64,000 nt of DNA, taken from positions 1 through 64,000 of the IMG/VR virus record IMGVR_UViG_3300042518_001860; one strand, 5' to 3'. The notes beneath the pieces are model-generated. The model had not been told where the DNA came from. It made no database searches and worked only from the letters and a program-made list of their open reading frames with translations. Source of the DNA: a virus. The position numbers and the translations under genes were made by a program. Of the stretch, positions 1-8,732 are shown in pieces (the first letter of the stretch is position 1; each line of letters begins with the position of its first letter).

Positions 1-145
1 CCGACTCGACCGGGGCCGGGGCCGGGGCCGACTCGACCGGGGCCGGGGCCGGGGCCGACTCGACCGGGGCCGGGGCCGGGGCCGACTCGACCGGGGCCGG
101 GGCCGGGGCCGGGGCCGACTCGACCGGGGCCGGGGCCGACTCGAC
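1..145. repeat. Tandem repeat CCGACTCGA+(CCGGGG)2-4, coding
   Basis: Directly visible; units of 9 and 6 nt preserve the frame of the minus-strand ORF. Confidence 0.9.
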
Positions 146-196
146 GGTGACGGGGGCAGAACGGTGGGGAGAAGAACGACGGGTGGATCGCGACAT
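1..196 (-). CDS. 5' part of a gene with Pro/Ala-rich (VES-APAPAP)n repeats; runs off the window
   Basis: Manual translation from ATG at 196: MSRSTRRSSPHRSAPVTVESAPAPVESAPAPAPAPVES...; AAGGTGA SD-like sequence upstream; absent from the ORF track because it is open-ended. Confidence 0.7.
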   Translation of the reverse strand, partial: MSRSTRRSSPHRSAPVTVESAPAPVESAPAPAPAPVESAPAPAPVESAPAPAPVESAPAPAPVES

Positions 197-255
197 GGTC
201 TTTTCACCTTCGCGCGCAATGTGGAAGGGGAGCGCGTATGACCCCTTTACGCATA

Positions 256-281
256 CCCATGGGGGAACCTTCCCCCATGGG
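256..281. other. Perfect inverted repeat CCCATGGGGGAA-CC-TTCCCCCATGGG
   Basis: 12-bp arms with a 2-nt spacer, upstream of the minus-strand gene. Confidence 0.8.
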
Positions 282-561
282 CTTGCGCCGCGTGCTTTAA
301 GCACACCCTTTTTGTAATCGCTACCACGGCCCCGCGCAAGGCTTGCGCGATCTTTTTTTTCGACTTTCGTAAATCCGCAACAATTCCACGGATTTAGCGT
401 CGGCCCGCGCTCCGACGAAATCCCCATTTTTTCCCCATTTTCCCCCTGATTCGTGCCCGTGCCCCGCCCGAGAGGCGCCCCGTCAAGCTCGCCGATTTAG
501 ACCCTACGTGCCAGGTAGTGTGAGCTTTGTGAGTTTTACGGGGTCTGGACGCGTCGAAACT

Positions 562-577
562 TGGCATGGCCGTTGCT
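562..577 (+). promoter_or_regulatory. sigma54-like -24/-12 motif TGGCATGGCCGTTGCT
   Basis: Matches TGGCAC-N5-TTGCW with exact GG-N10-GC spacing. Confidence 0.55.
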
Positions 578-628
578 ACGCGTGCCGCACGTTCCTTTAG
601 GCGCGTAAAGGGGCTCCGCGGTTTAGGT

Positions 629-663
629 TGGCACGCGGCGTGCTAATGCAACTGTTATGCCAA
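629..663. repeat. 35-bp direct repeat, copy 1, containing opposed sigma54-like motifs
   Basis: TGGCACGCGGCGTGCTAATGCAACTGTTATGCCAA, identical to 870-904. Confidence 0.9.
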
Positions 664-869
664 TATCGGTTTTTGTGCAGTATTTGTTAAATTTTACAGT
701 GGCAACTCGACTTGCCGAATCGCGTTAAACGGCCGTTTCGGGGTCGGGGCATATCAGGGGCGCGGAGCACGCTCCGCGCGCCTTTACGGGCCCTTAGCGG
801 CCCGGCAATCGGCATAGAAGATCTGAAACATTTATCAAGTTTCAAAGCTCCGACTTGTCATTTGTCCAG

Positions 870-904
870 TGGCACGCGGCGTGCTAATGCAACTGTTATG
901 CCAA
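870..904. repeat. 35-bp direct repeat, copy 2
   Basis: Identical to 629-663. Confidence 0.9.
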
Positions 905-1212
905 ATGGGGTGCCCTTGCCGAGCGGCCCACCTCCCTCCAGGAGGGGGGGGCTACCAAGGGGATATGTAGAGGTGGACCAATGGGATGTGTGTAGGGGGA
1001 TAAATGGGATAAAGGGGATGTGTGGAGGTGGTCGGGAGGTGACTGGTTATCAATGCGATTACGTGGTTTGAGCATTATCGAGGTGATAACCTCCTCGCCA
1101 CCCTCCGCCGCCCAGCTACCTCGAGGTGCCCGGGGTGGCACCGCGGCTCGAGGACGGTGCATCCCAGGCTGGGGTAGCCCCACGCCCGCCCGGTCTCTAC
1201 GGGTACCCTCAT

Positions 1213-1285
1213 GATTCTTTTTTGTTTGGAAATTTTTTTATTTCTTTTGTTTTTATTTTATTTTTTATAGAATTTTTTTTATTTC
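1213..1285. other. Strongly T-rich tract
   Basis: Runs of T in an otherwise high-GC sequence. Confidence 0.85.
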
Positions 1286-1358
1286 AAACTGTTGCGATTC
1301 CTCGGGGGTTTTTTCATAGGTGGCCGCGGAGGACGCATTTTTTGAGGTGTGAAAGGCG

Positions 1359-1387
1359 TTGACAATTGTTGCAACCACGTCTATGGT
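1359..1387 (+). promoter_or_regulatory. sigma70-type promoter
   Basis: TTGACA-N17-TATGGT upstream of the first + strand gene. Confidence 0.7.
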
Positions 1388-1416
1388 GGGAGCTACTCCC
1401 AGAAAGGAACTGCGAC

Positions 1417-1851
1417 ATGCGCCCCCACACCCTCAGCTTCTACAACCCGGAGAGTCGTGAGCTCTATGTCTGGATGTACTATCCCCCCGCCCTGAATCTG
1501 GACCGGTTCACTTTTGCCCGCCGCGCCGTGGATGTTCCCCTCGAGGCTCGAGAGCTGGTCGACGATGGGCTGAAGACCCTCCTCACCCGGGAGTTGAGGT
1601 ACGAGCTCGAGTTCAACATCGCCGAACTGACTCAGGAGCAGCGCGGCAATCAGACCCTGGCCTTCAGCGCGCTGCATGGGTTGGAAACGGCGTCGATCAA
1701 GGTCACCATCACCGGCCTGAAGAAGCTGCTCGAGGATCTTCCGCCCGACCGGGACCTTCCGCCCGAGCTCACTTTCTACAACGTTCAGCGGGTGAACCCT
1801 GATATTGCCCCCTGGCGAGATCCGCCCCCCACAACTGGAGTAACCCGATGA
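1417..1851 (+). CDS. Hypothetical protein
   Basis: ATG at 1417 after AAAGGA; codon bias typical of the genome. Confidence 0.75.
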   Translation: MRPHTLSFYNPESRELYVWMYYPPALNLDRFTFARRAVDVPLEARELVDDGLKTLLTRELRYELEFNIAELTQEQRGNQTLAFSALHGLETASIKVTITGLKKLLEDLPPDRDLPPELTFYNVQRVNPDIAPWRDPPPTTGVTR

Positions 1852-2040
1852 ACAAGATGACGCCGGAAAGACCAGGTCATCACGTTCGACTACCGTCCCA
1901 ACCCTCGGCTGCGCGAGGTCCGGGAAGCCCCACTGGACCGGGTGGTAAGACGAGGAATTTTCTCCTCCCCGTCCTCGCCACCTTCGTGCGGTTATCGGAA
2001 CCACCGGCACAAGTAACGCGCGAACAGGAGCCACGACACC

Positions 2041-2613
2041 GTGAAAATCACGACCAATAACCTCATCCACGCTGATGCCTGTAATTCAGGCATCATGGCC
2101 TTCGGGGGGATCTTCCCCGACGGATTTGATGGGGAATGGACCCCCACCATGCAGGCTCTGTGTTTCGGCACTGAACTGCGAAGATTCCTGTACTGGGCCA
2201 AAGAAGTAGAACTGCTCCCCTGCCTCTATCCCATGACGGGGTGGGATCTGCGAGGAGCGGACTTGTACTGCGCAGATCTGCGATGCGCCGTCCTGAACGA
2301 AGCCGACCTACGAGGGGCGGATCTTCGTGAGGCCAACCTGTTTGGGGCCGACTTGCTCGGGGCTAACCTGACCGGGGCACGACTGGCAGCGGCAGTTCTG
2401 CGCGGGGCGGACCTCAGTAGGGCGGATCTGCGCGGGGTGGATTTGAGCCAACACGACTTGTCTGGAGCATGTCTGCGAGGCGCCCGCCGCAACCCGGATG
2501 ACCATCCCATCCCTCACTGGAGGCTGATGGATGGCGAGTTGCACTGGGCCTTTAAGCCGCATGACGGGGTTCTTTCCGCCCTAAAAGAAAACAGGGTTCG
2601 AAGGAGTGAGTAG
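2041..2613 (+). CDS. Pentapeptide-repeat protein
   Basis: Tandem A(D/N)LxG repeats ([16 protein letters not shown]...). Confidence 0.9.
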   Translation: MKITTNNLIHADACNSGIMAFGGIFPDGFDGEWTPTMQALCFGTELRRFLYWAKEVELLPCLYPMTGWDLRGADLYCADLRCAVLNEADLRGADLREANLFGADLLGANLTGARLAAAVLRGADLSRADLRGVDLSQHDLSGACLRGARRNPDDHPIPHWRLMDGELHWAFKPHDGVLSALKENRVRRSE

Positions 2614-2941
2614 ACGTATGACAATGCAGTACTCAATTCGGGAGCGGCTTCTGCGTAGCTTCATTTTTGGAGTGGTGATAGCCCTCATGCTGGCCGTCTT
2701 CGGATTTCCGTTTGCGGGACCCCACACAATTGCCGCTGGGATGATCGAGGCATTCACTGCTGATCCTCCGCCGCCTGGCGGGCTGTTGGTTCAACTGCTG
2801 GACAGTGCCAAGGCGCTTCCTTTCACCCTCGTGCTGTTGGTCGCACTCTTGTACGCCGACCTTGGCCGTCTTGGGGTGGAGTGCTTCTTCTCATCTCAAC
2901 AGGCCTGCGAGAGCCTCTCAGAGAAAGGGTGGCAGCCATGA
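2606..2941 (+). CDS. Hypothetical membrane protein
   Basis: Two hydrophobic segments; overlaps both neighbours. Confidence 0.6.
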   Translation: MSRRMTMQYSIRERLLRSFIFGVVIALMLAVFGFPFAGPHTIAAGMIEAFTADPPPPGGLLVQLLDSAKALPFTLVLLVALLYADLGRLGVECFFSSQQACESLSEKGWQP

Positions 2942-3378
2942 TGCCGCTGTTCAAGGTGGGCGACATCCTCTACCGCGCACGCGCTCGCGTCTCCTACACC
3001 GAGTTCGGGGACCGCGTCGTGATCCGCTATGAAACGTGGCACGTCGTACGGACGACGAAGTACATGATGTGGCTCTCGACCCACCCTCTGGTGCAGCCCT
3101 GGGAGGTGCTGCCCGGACACGGCTCAGACAACTGGGTTGAGCTCACCGAGGCTGAATACGATAAGCGAGTCCGAGAGCATTGGGGCTCTCTCAGACGTTG
3201 TGCGCAACATGCGCGCGTCAAGTTCGCATGGCGGACGCAGCTCGAGGCGATGAACAGCCTCGCCGCTCGCACGCACTGGCGCGTCATCCACGCCGAACAC
3301 AGGCTCGCCGAAGCCAAAGCAATCAAACAGAAAGTCGACTCGCTCATCCGCGAGCAGTCCCTCCAGGAGTTCAAATGA
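2938..3378 (+). CDS. Hypothetical protein (FKVGD-type N-terminus)
   Basis: ATGA overlaps at both ends. Confidence 0.7.
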   Translation: MMPLFKVGDILYRARARVSYTEFGDRVVIRYETWHVVRTTKYMMWLSTHPLVQPWEVLPGHGSDNWVELTEAEYDKRVREHWGSLRRCAQHARVKFAWRTQLEAMNSLAARTHWRVIHAEHRLAEAKAIKQKVDSLIREQSLQEFK

Positions 3379-4190
3379 ATAGCACCCACCGACTCGACGA
3401 TCCCCGCCGCCTTCTGGCCGAGACGCTCTCTGTTCCCAACGCTCACCCCGTCTTCATCACCGGCGCGGGGATCTCGATTGCCTCCGGTATCGCCCCCTTC
3501 CGCGGCACCCCGGACGCGGTCTGGGAAAAGGACGTTACGGAGAAGGGGACCTTCGACTACTTCCTCTGCCATCCTGTCGAGGCGTGGCAGTGGCTCCTCT
3601 CCGCCCTGGCTGGGGCCACCGGGGCAAAACCCAACCCCGCCCACCTTGCCCTCGCCCGCCTGGAGGAGAAGCTGGAGGACCGGATGACGCTGATCACCCA
3701 GAACGTCGATGGCCTCCATTTGGCGGCGGGGAGTAAGCGGTGCCTCGAGGTCCACGGCAACATGCGGCACATGCGCTGCGTCGATAGGTTCTGCTCCAGT
3801 GGTTTTGGTGGGACTCGAGGCCTCCTGCCCTGGGACGAGGTGCAGGTCTCGAGGTTCTTGACCAACCCTTGCCGCGAGACCTTGCCCCGCTGTCCGTGTG
3901 GTAAGATCCTCCGCGCGCACGTCCTCTGGTTCGACGAGTGCTACGATGGTCACGAGGACTACCAGTTTGTGCAAGCCATCAAGGCCTTCAACAAGATGAC
4001 CGCGCTGATCTTCATCGGCACCTCGTTTGCAGTGGGCTTCACCGAACTTGCCAAGCTCGCCGGGTACCAATACCGGGTGCCCATGTTCGTCATCGACCCT
4101 CACGACTCCCTGCGCTTCCCTGGGCTGCATATCCAGGCGGCGGCGGAAGACTTCCTCCCGCATCTCGCCGCTGCAGTTGAAGTGGGCTGA
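3375..4190 (+). CDS. Sir2-family NAD-dependent deacylase (CobB-like)
   Basis: TGAGISIASGIAPFRG, PNPAH, ITQNVDGLH, EVHGN, Cys-pair Zn ribbon, VLWFDE, IGTS; GGAG SD. Confidence 0.92.
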   Translation: MNSTHRLDDPRRLLAETLSVPNAHPVFITGAGISIASGIAPFRGTPDAVWEKDVTEKGTFDYFLCHPVEAWQWLLSALAGATGAKPNPAHLALARLEEKLEDRMTLITQNVDGLHLAAGSKRCLEVHGNMRHMRCVDRFCSSGFGGTRGLLPWDEVQVSRFLTNPCRETLPRCPCGKILRAHVLWFDECYDGHEDYQFVQAIKAFNKMTALIFIGTSFAVGFTELAKLAGYQYRVPMFVIDPHDSLRFPGLHIQAAAEDFLPHLAAAVEVG

Positions 4191-4203
4191 CGCTTCATTG
4201 TCG

Positions 4204-4232
4204 TTGACCCATTGAGTAAACTGTTGTAGGGT
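4204..4232 (+). promoter_or_regulatory. sigma70-type promoter with AAACTGTTGTA motif
   Basis: TTGACC-N17-TAGGGT, intergenic. Confidence 0.6.
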
Positions 4233-4257
4233 CCCCCGCAACACCGAGGAGAGGTTC

Positions 4258-4443
4258 GTGGCTCACCAGCCTGTTGAAGTGCGTGTCGATCACTCCCACA
4301 AACAGCTTTCCATCCATGTTGACGTCCCGGAGTGGCGGCTAGGGTTCCAGGACTTCCAACTCAGCGTCGCACTGGCGCGGGAGCGCCACGCGGTCCTCGA
4401 GTCCCTCATCCTCTGCCTCGAACAGGAACTTCAGGAGGACTGA
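4258..4443 (+). CDS. Hypothetical protein
   Basis: GAGGAGAGG SD, GTG start. Confidence 0.65.
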   Translation: MAHQPVEVRVDHSHKQLSIHVDVPEWRLGFQDFQLSVALARERHAVLESLILCLEQELQED

Positions 4444-4444
4444 A

Positions 4445-5050
4445 ATGAACCACATCAAGAAGCTGCAGGCCCTCGGGGCCTGCGATGAATCCATCGAATT
4501 CGCCGCCCAGTTCTCCCACGCCCAGGAGGCGTGGGAGAACAACACACGGCCCGACTGGGCCCTGTGGCTTCTCGCCCGCCTCGGCGGCGAGCACAAACGG
4601 ATGGCGGTCCGCCTGGCGGCGGACTTCGCCGAACGGGTTGTCCACTTGGCCGGCGAAGGCCGGCCAGCGGCGGAAGCCGCCATCGCGGCGGCGAGAGCGT
4701 GGGCTGACGATCCCTGCGAGGAGACGCAGTCGGCGGCGCTGCGCGCCGCCTACGACGCCCGCGCCGCCGCCTACGACGCCCGCGCCGCCGCCTACGACGC
4801 CCGCGCCGCCGCCTACGCCGCCGACGCCGCCGACGCCGCCGCCTACGCCGCCGCCTACGCCGCCGCCTACGCCGCCGCCTACGCCGCCGCCTACGCCACC
4901 TACACCCCCGACGCCGTCGCCTGCGGCTGCGCCGCCGCCTACGCCGTCGACGCCGCCGCCGAACCGGGGGAGGAAAGGGCGTGGCAGATCTCGCGAATTC
5001 GTGAGATCTGTCCCAACTGTCCCATTGGGGAGGTAGGGAGCAGAGCGTGA
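4445..5050 (+). CDS. Ala/Tyr-repeat phage protein (AAYA/AAYDAR repeats)
   Basis: GGAGGA SD; N-terminal LGACDESIEF...DWALWL; 21- and 12-bp tandem repeats at ~4742-4960. Confidence 0.8.
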   Translation: MNHIKKLQALGACDESIEFAAQFSHAQEAWENNTRPDWALWLLARLGGEHKRMAVRLAADFAERVVHLAGEGRPAAEAAIAAARAWADDPCEETQSAALRAAYDARAAAYDARAAAYDARAAAYAADAADAAAYAAAYAAAYAAAYAAAYATYTPDAVACGCAAAYAVDAAAEPGEERAWQISRIREICPNCPIGEVGSRA

Positions 5051-5095
5051 GACTTTATGAGTTAGATTACAACAGTCTTCGAGAGGAGGCCCACT

Positions 5096-5341
5096 TTGAG
5101 GCTGGAAAGTGGTCGTCGAAATTTTCCTCGTAGAGGGGAGAAAGTCGGTCGCTTTGCCCGAGTAGAGATTGACTGCCCAGACGAGTCAGCGGCACGAGAG
5201 CTACTCCACGCTGCACTTTTCAAAGTTCGTGGGCAGTTTCAGAACTATGTAAGAGATGTAATCCACACCCTTACAGGTAGTCTTCAGGACACAAACCACC
5301 TCATCTACCTCGATGATTTGCGGACGCAGGACTTATCATGA
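5096..5341 (+). CDS. Hypothetical protein
   Basis: GAGGAGG SD before TTG. Confidence 0.55.
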   Translation: MRLESGRRNFPRRGEKVGRFARVEIDCPDESAARELLHAALFKVRGQFQNYVRDVIHTLTGSLQDTNHLIYLDDLRTQDLS

Positions 5342-5976
5342 ATCTCGCAACGATCCTGGGCAGACACCCATGCCCAAAATCCCTCATCTCCAGCCTTGAG
5401 GCCACCTTCCAGCCGGGACTCCAGGTAGAGTGGACACCTGAAGCTCAGCGTCAGGCACTCTCCTCCTTACCCCTGCGGCGACAATTCGGTCTCTTGGTTG
5501 AGGATGGAGTGCTGCCGCTCTGGAGTATGCGTAGATGGAACTTCTCATGTGAGAACCTGAGTGACCTCAACTTGACCTGTGGGGACCTATCCCGCGCGAA
5601 CTTGGATTCCACCAACCTGAGCCTGGCGTTTTTGGTGTGGACCAACCTCAACTTTGCCAGCATGCGTGGCGCGGACTTGTCCGGAGCTCACCTCGGCGGG
5701 GCGAGATTGCTTGGAGCAGTTCTGACAAAGGCCTCCCTCCGCAGTGCCAACCTGTACGGTGCAGACCTTAGAGGGGCCGACCTCAGTGGGGCGGATCTGT
5801 CTGAGGCGAACTTGTTTGAAGCCGACCTGCGAGATGCGAATCTCGAGGGCGCCAACTTGGCCGAGGCTGATTTGAGGGGGGCAAGCCGCACCTCGTATGA
5901 CCCGCCAGTTCCTGGGTGGGCTCTTCAGGTCCAGACTTCTGCGGAAGACACACGACTTCTTTTAATTAAGAATTAG
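5338..5976 (+). CDS. Pentapeptide-repeat protein, paralog of 2041-2613
   Basis: [23 protein letters not shown]; shares EWTP and C-terminal DPPVPGW-like motifs. Confidence 0.9.
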   Translation: MNLATILGRHPCPKSLISSLEATFQPGLQVEWTPEAQRQALSSLPLRRQFGLLVEDGVLPLWSMRRWNFSCENLSDLNLTCGDLSRANLDSTNLSLAFLVWTNLNFASMRGADLSGAHLGGARLLGAVLTKASLRSANLYGADLRGADLSGADLSEANLFEADLRDANLEGANLAEADLRGASRTSYDPPVPGWALQVQTSAEDTRLLLIKN

Positions 5977-6069
5977 ATAATTTTTTCTTAATTAAGAGAT
6001 TTGTTGCAAAAGGCCTTCCCCTTTGCAACATTTTCTGCGAGGCTTCTTCCACCACCAAGGAGGTTCCCC

Positions 6070-6456
6070 GTGAAGTGCTTGTTCTTCTACTCGTCGAGCC
6101 AAGACGTTTTCTACCAGGCCACCCACAAGCTCCGCTGGCTACTGAAGGCCTATGACCCTGATCCCTCCTTCGAGACCTTCCGCCGCCAAGTGGTTGAAGA
6201 CGAAGACTATTTCACGAGCTTGTCTCAATTCGGGATCACTTGGGGCTTTGTGCGACCGCACATTGGTTTCATCTGGGACCCTAAGACCGAAGCCTTCAAC
6301 CGTGCCTTGAGTGAGTTCTGTGCTTGGTTTGACCAGACCATGGACAACCCGAAAAACCGCAACTCGGTTGGAGGTTATCGGTTCGTTGAGTTCCATCCCG
6401 GTCAGCGTTGCTACGAGGCACTCCTTCAACTTCATCCTGAAGGGGAGGCAGAGTGA
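6070..6456 (+). CDS. Hypothetical protein
   Basis: AAGGAGG SD before GTG at 6070. Confidence 0.7.
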   Translation: MKCLFFYSSSQDVFYQATHKLRWLLKAYDPDPSFETFRRQVVEDEDYFTSLSQFGITWGFVRPHIGFIWDPKTEAFNRALSEFCAWFDQTMDNPKNRNSVGGYRFVEFHPGQRCYEALLQLHPEGEAE

Positions 6457-6833
6457 CTACCAACTACTACGCGACTGGACTAGGTCTTCCTTCCATTGGT
6501 ACTCGAGTTCACCTCGGATTGAGCGCAAGCGGGTGGGTCTTCCAACTCAGGGTCTACCCGAATCTTGGCATCTCCTCTTGGGCAGATTGGTGGACCCTAC
6601 TGTCCAAGCCCGGAGTGCGAATCTGGGATGAGTACAAACATCGCGTCAGCCTGTCTGATTTCCTCAAGGTGGTGACGGAGCGTGAGCGCGGAAGCCAAGC
6701 AGTACGCTCTGCCGAATGGTGGCTAGTAAATCAGGCAGAACCTGGGCCCTGTGGCTTGGCCAGGTCTCGCGCGCACCTGGTCTACTCTTACGGGGAGGGA
6801 ACCTGGGAGTGCCATGACAAGGACTTCTCGTAA
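6453..6833 (+). CDS. Phage hypothetical protein
   Basis: MTTNYY...HLGLSASGWVF...IWDEY pattern recalled from phage proteins. Confidence 0.7.
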   Translation: MTTNYYATGLGLPSIGTRVHLGLSASGWVFQLRVYPNLGISSWADWWTLLSKPGVRIWDEYKHRVSLSDFLKVVTERERGSQAVRSAEWWLVNQAEPGPCGLARSRAHLVYSYGEGTWECHDKDFS

Positions 6834-6883
6834 GGAGCGGAGATGAACATATATTTCAATGGGTTGGAGCAGGAAAACACAAA

Positions 6884-7840
6884 ATGAACATCACCCATCA
6901 GGACATGCTCAAGGTCTGGGGGTACCTGCCCGCCAGGTTCTTCCTGAAGTTCGACGTGACGGCTACCCACGGGAAGTTCCTTGTCTTTCGAGAGGGGTCT
7001 TTGGAATGCGTCGTGGGGGTTCAGTTCGGAGGCCGCTACGTTTACGGCCTTCACAAAACAAACGGCGGAAAGTCGAACGTCGCATTGGCGGGTGGCCGCG
7101 GTTATCACCACAAGTGCGCTGAGGCCATCCTCATGCTCAGTGGGGAGAAGGCCAGCGAGCTTCGGAGCGCCCCGTCCACGCTGGAGGAGCGCCTTCTTCG
7201 ACAGTACGAGCACGAGGTCGTCTTTGGTGAAGACGCTGTTTGTGTCGTCCCCCCTCCTTACCACCCGGATCTGCTCGACTTGATGGTTGCGTCCAAGAGC
7301 GTGCAGGTTCACGCTACTGCCGCGCTACACGTAACACGGTGGGAGCACCAAGAAGTGCTGCTCCGAGACAGGGATCATGCTGTCCTCCTCGGCTTGCTGC
7401 AGAACCCACACTTGTGGCTGCGCTGCGTAGACGATCTCGCCACGGGCCCTTACAGCCACGACGTCCGAGAGCTCGCAATTCGCCGTGGGCCCAGTATCGA
7501 AGCGCTTGGTGCCTGCTTGATCAACGAGCCGCATGCAGATCTACGCGCGCTTGCCATTCGGATGTTGCCTCAGAGCGCGGTCACGAGCTTCAGATTCTGG
7601 TTGCGCAACGAGACCTCCCCCGTGGTGTGGCGCGCCCTTGCGGAGCGAAACTTCGTACCTCTCCCCGAGCGCATCTCGATGGTGAACCCTGAGCAAGACC
7701 AAGACGTCCGTCTGGCCATGTGCAAGCGGAGTGATCTCTCGACTGAGGAGGCTAAATGCCTCCTGACTGCTGCGACACCAAAGATGCGCGCCGCTATCAA
7801 GGCGAACCTCAACTGGCCTTTGCCGCGTTCCCCGTCTTGA
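6884..7840 (+). CDS. Helical-repeat (HEAT-like) protein
   Basis: Repeated D/E..VR.AL units in the C-terminal half. Confidence 0.55.
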   Translation: MNITHQDMLKVWGYLPARFFLKFDVTATHGKFLVFREGSLECVVGVQFGGRYVYGLHKTNGGKSNVALAGGRGYHHKCAEAILMLSGEKASELRSAPSTLEERLLRQYEHEVVFGEDAVCVVPPPYHPDLLDLMVASKSVQVHATAALHVTRWEHQEVLLRDRDHAVLLGLLQNPHLWLRCVDDLATGPYSHDVRELAIRRGPSIEALGACLINEPHADLRALAIRMLPQSAVTSFRFWLRNETSPVVWRALAERNFVPLPERISMVNPEQDQDVRLAMCKRSDLSTEEAKCLLTAATPKMRAAIKANLNWPLPRSPS

Positions 7841-7865
7841 CACGGTGGTAAAACTGTTGTAAGTT
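7837..7865 (+). promoter_or_regulatory. sigma70-type promoter with AAACTGTTGTA motif
   Basis: TTGACA-N17-TAAGTT. Confidence 0.7.
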
Positions 7866-7889
7866 GCTGCTAGCTTCAATTGGGGACTC

Positions 7890-8183
7890 ATGACCACTAT
7901 GCGGAACGATAGACCACCCTTTGGCTGGTTCCAGATTGAAAAGTACGAGGTCGAGGACGTCCAGTCCTTAGGGCGGGCGAGTGAGGTCGTCCGCCTCGAG
8001 GAGGAGGTGGGAGGTCTTCGTGGCTTCGAGAAGTTCATCAGGACCGCTATCATTTTCCGCGACGGAAGCTACGCCTTCTCCCGCTTCCGTGCGGTTGAGC
8101 TGGCAAAGCGCATCTCGGCAGCCCTCCAGAGTGGTTCAGCAGTCGAAACGCCCTCCTCCACACAAAAAGGAGACAAGGCATGA
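7890..8183 (+). CDS. Hypothetical protein
   Basis: ORF directly downstream of a promoter. Confidence 0.6.
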   Translation: MTTMRNDRPPFGWFQIEKYEVEDVQSLGRASEVVRLEEEVGGLRGFEKFIRTAIIFRDGSYAFSRFRAVELAKRISAALQSGSAVETPSSTQKGDKA

Positions 8184-8422
8184 GTCGTCCACTGGCCACA
8201 CGAGAAGTGAAGCAGGGGGTTGTTCTTCGCTTGCAGGACGACCGTTTCATTGGTGTTGCCTTGACAGGCCACACCCCCACTACGTTGAACCTGGCCGTCC
8301 TGTTCTCTCCCGAGAACCTCGAAGAGCTCGAGCGCCTCGAGCGCATGTTCGGGGCGACCCGAGTGGCTGCCGAACGGACAATCATCACCAGATTGGCAAC
8401 CGAGTCGAGGAGTTCACCATGA
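8180..8422 (+). CDS. Hypothetical protein
   Basis: AAGGAG SD, ATGA overlap. Confidence 0.65.
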   Translation: MSRPLATREVKQGVVLRLQDDRFIGVALTGHTPTTLNLAVLFSPENLEELERLERMFGATRVAAERTIITRLATESRSSP

Positions 8423-8718
8423 GGGCGCTCAAGCGTGTTCTGGATCGAGTAGGTGACCGAGTTGCAGCCTGGGTGCTTGGCTCGCTCGAGAGTGACGAGT
8501 CGACTGCCGCAGACGACTTGTACTTCGCCCTGATCCGCTCAGGCCTGCGCGTTGACGTGACGTGGCGCGATGAGCCGGATGCAGGTCGCGTGCGTCGAAT
8601 CTCGTACACCAATTCAAGGGGTGACCGCATCGTCGCTCATGACTTCACGTCCAACGGTCGGTACCTATTGACCGTCTGGGACTCCCCGACAACCAACCTC
8701 GCCCCCGAGGTCAAGTAG
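8419..8718 (+). CDS. Hypothetical protein
   Basis: GAGGAG SD, ATGA overlap. Confidence 0.65.
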   Translation: MRALKRVLDRVGDRVAAWVLGSLESDESTAADDLYFALIRSGLRVDVTWRDEPDAGRVRRISYTNSRGDRIVAHDFTSNGRYLLTVWDSPTTNLAPEVK

Positions 8719-8732
8719 AATCAGAGTTTCCC

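Noticed and set aside
1-145. CRISPR array or telomere-like repeat
   Set aside because: No unique spacers; units keep frame within a minus-strand ORF that has a start codon and SD
699-717. Additional sigma54 site TGGCAACTCGACTTGCC
   Set aside because: GG-to-GC spacing is one base too long for sigma54
1126-1362. Phe-rich 'membrane' ORF
   Set aside because: It is simply the translation of the T-tract and overlaps promoter elements
3375-4190. SIR2 anti-phage effector (Thoeris/DSR type)
   Set aside because: Has the Zn ribbon and motifs of canonical deacylase sirtuins; no partner defence genes nearby
4485-5036. Pro/Thr-rich ORF
   Set aside because: Alternative frame of the Ala/Tyr repeat gene, which has the SD and a recognisable N-terminus
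2041-5976. Diversity-generating retroelement repeats
   Set aside because: No reverse transcriptase in the window and no adenine-specific TR/VR pair seen; the similarity is protein-level paralogy
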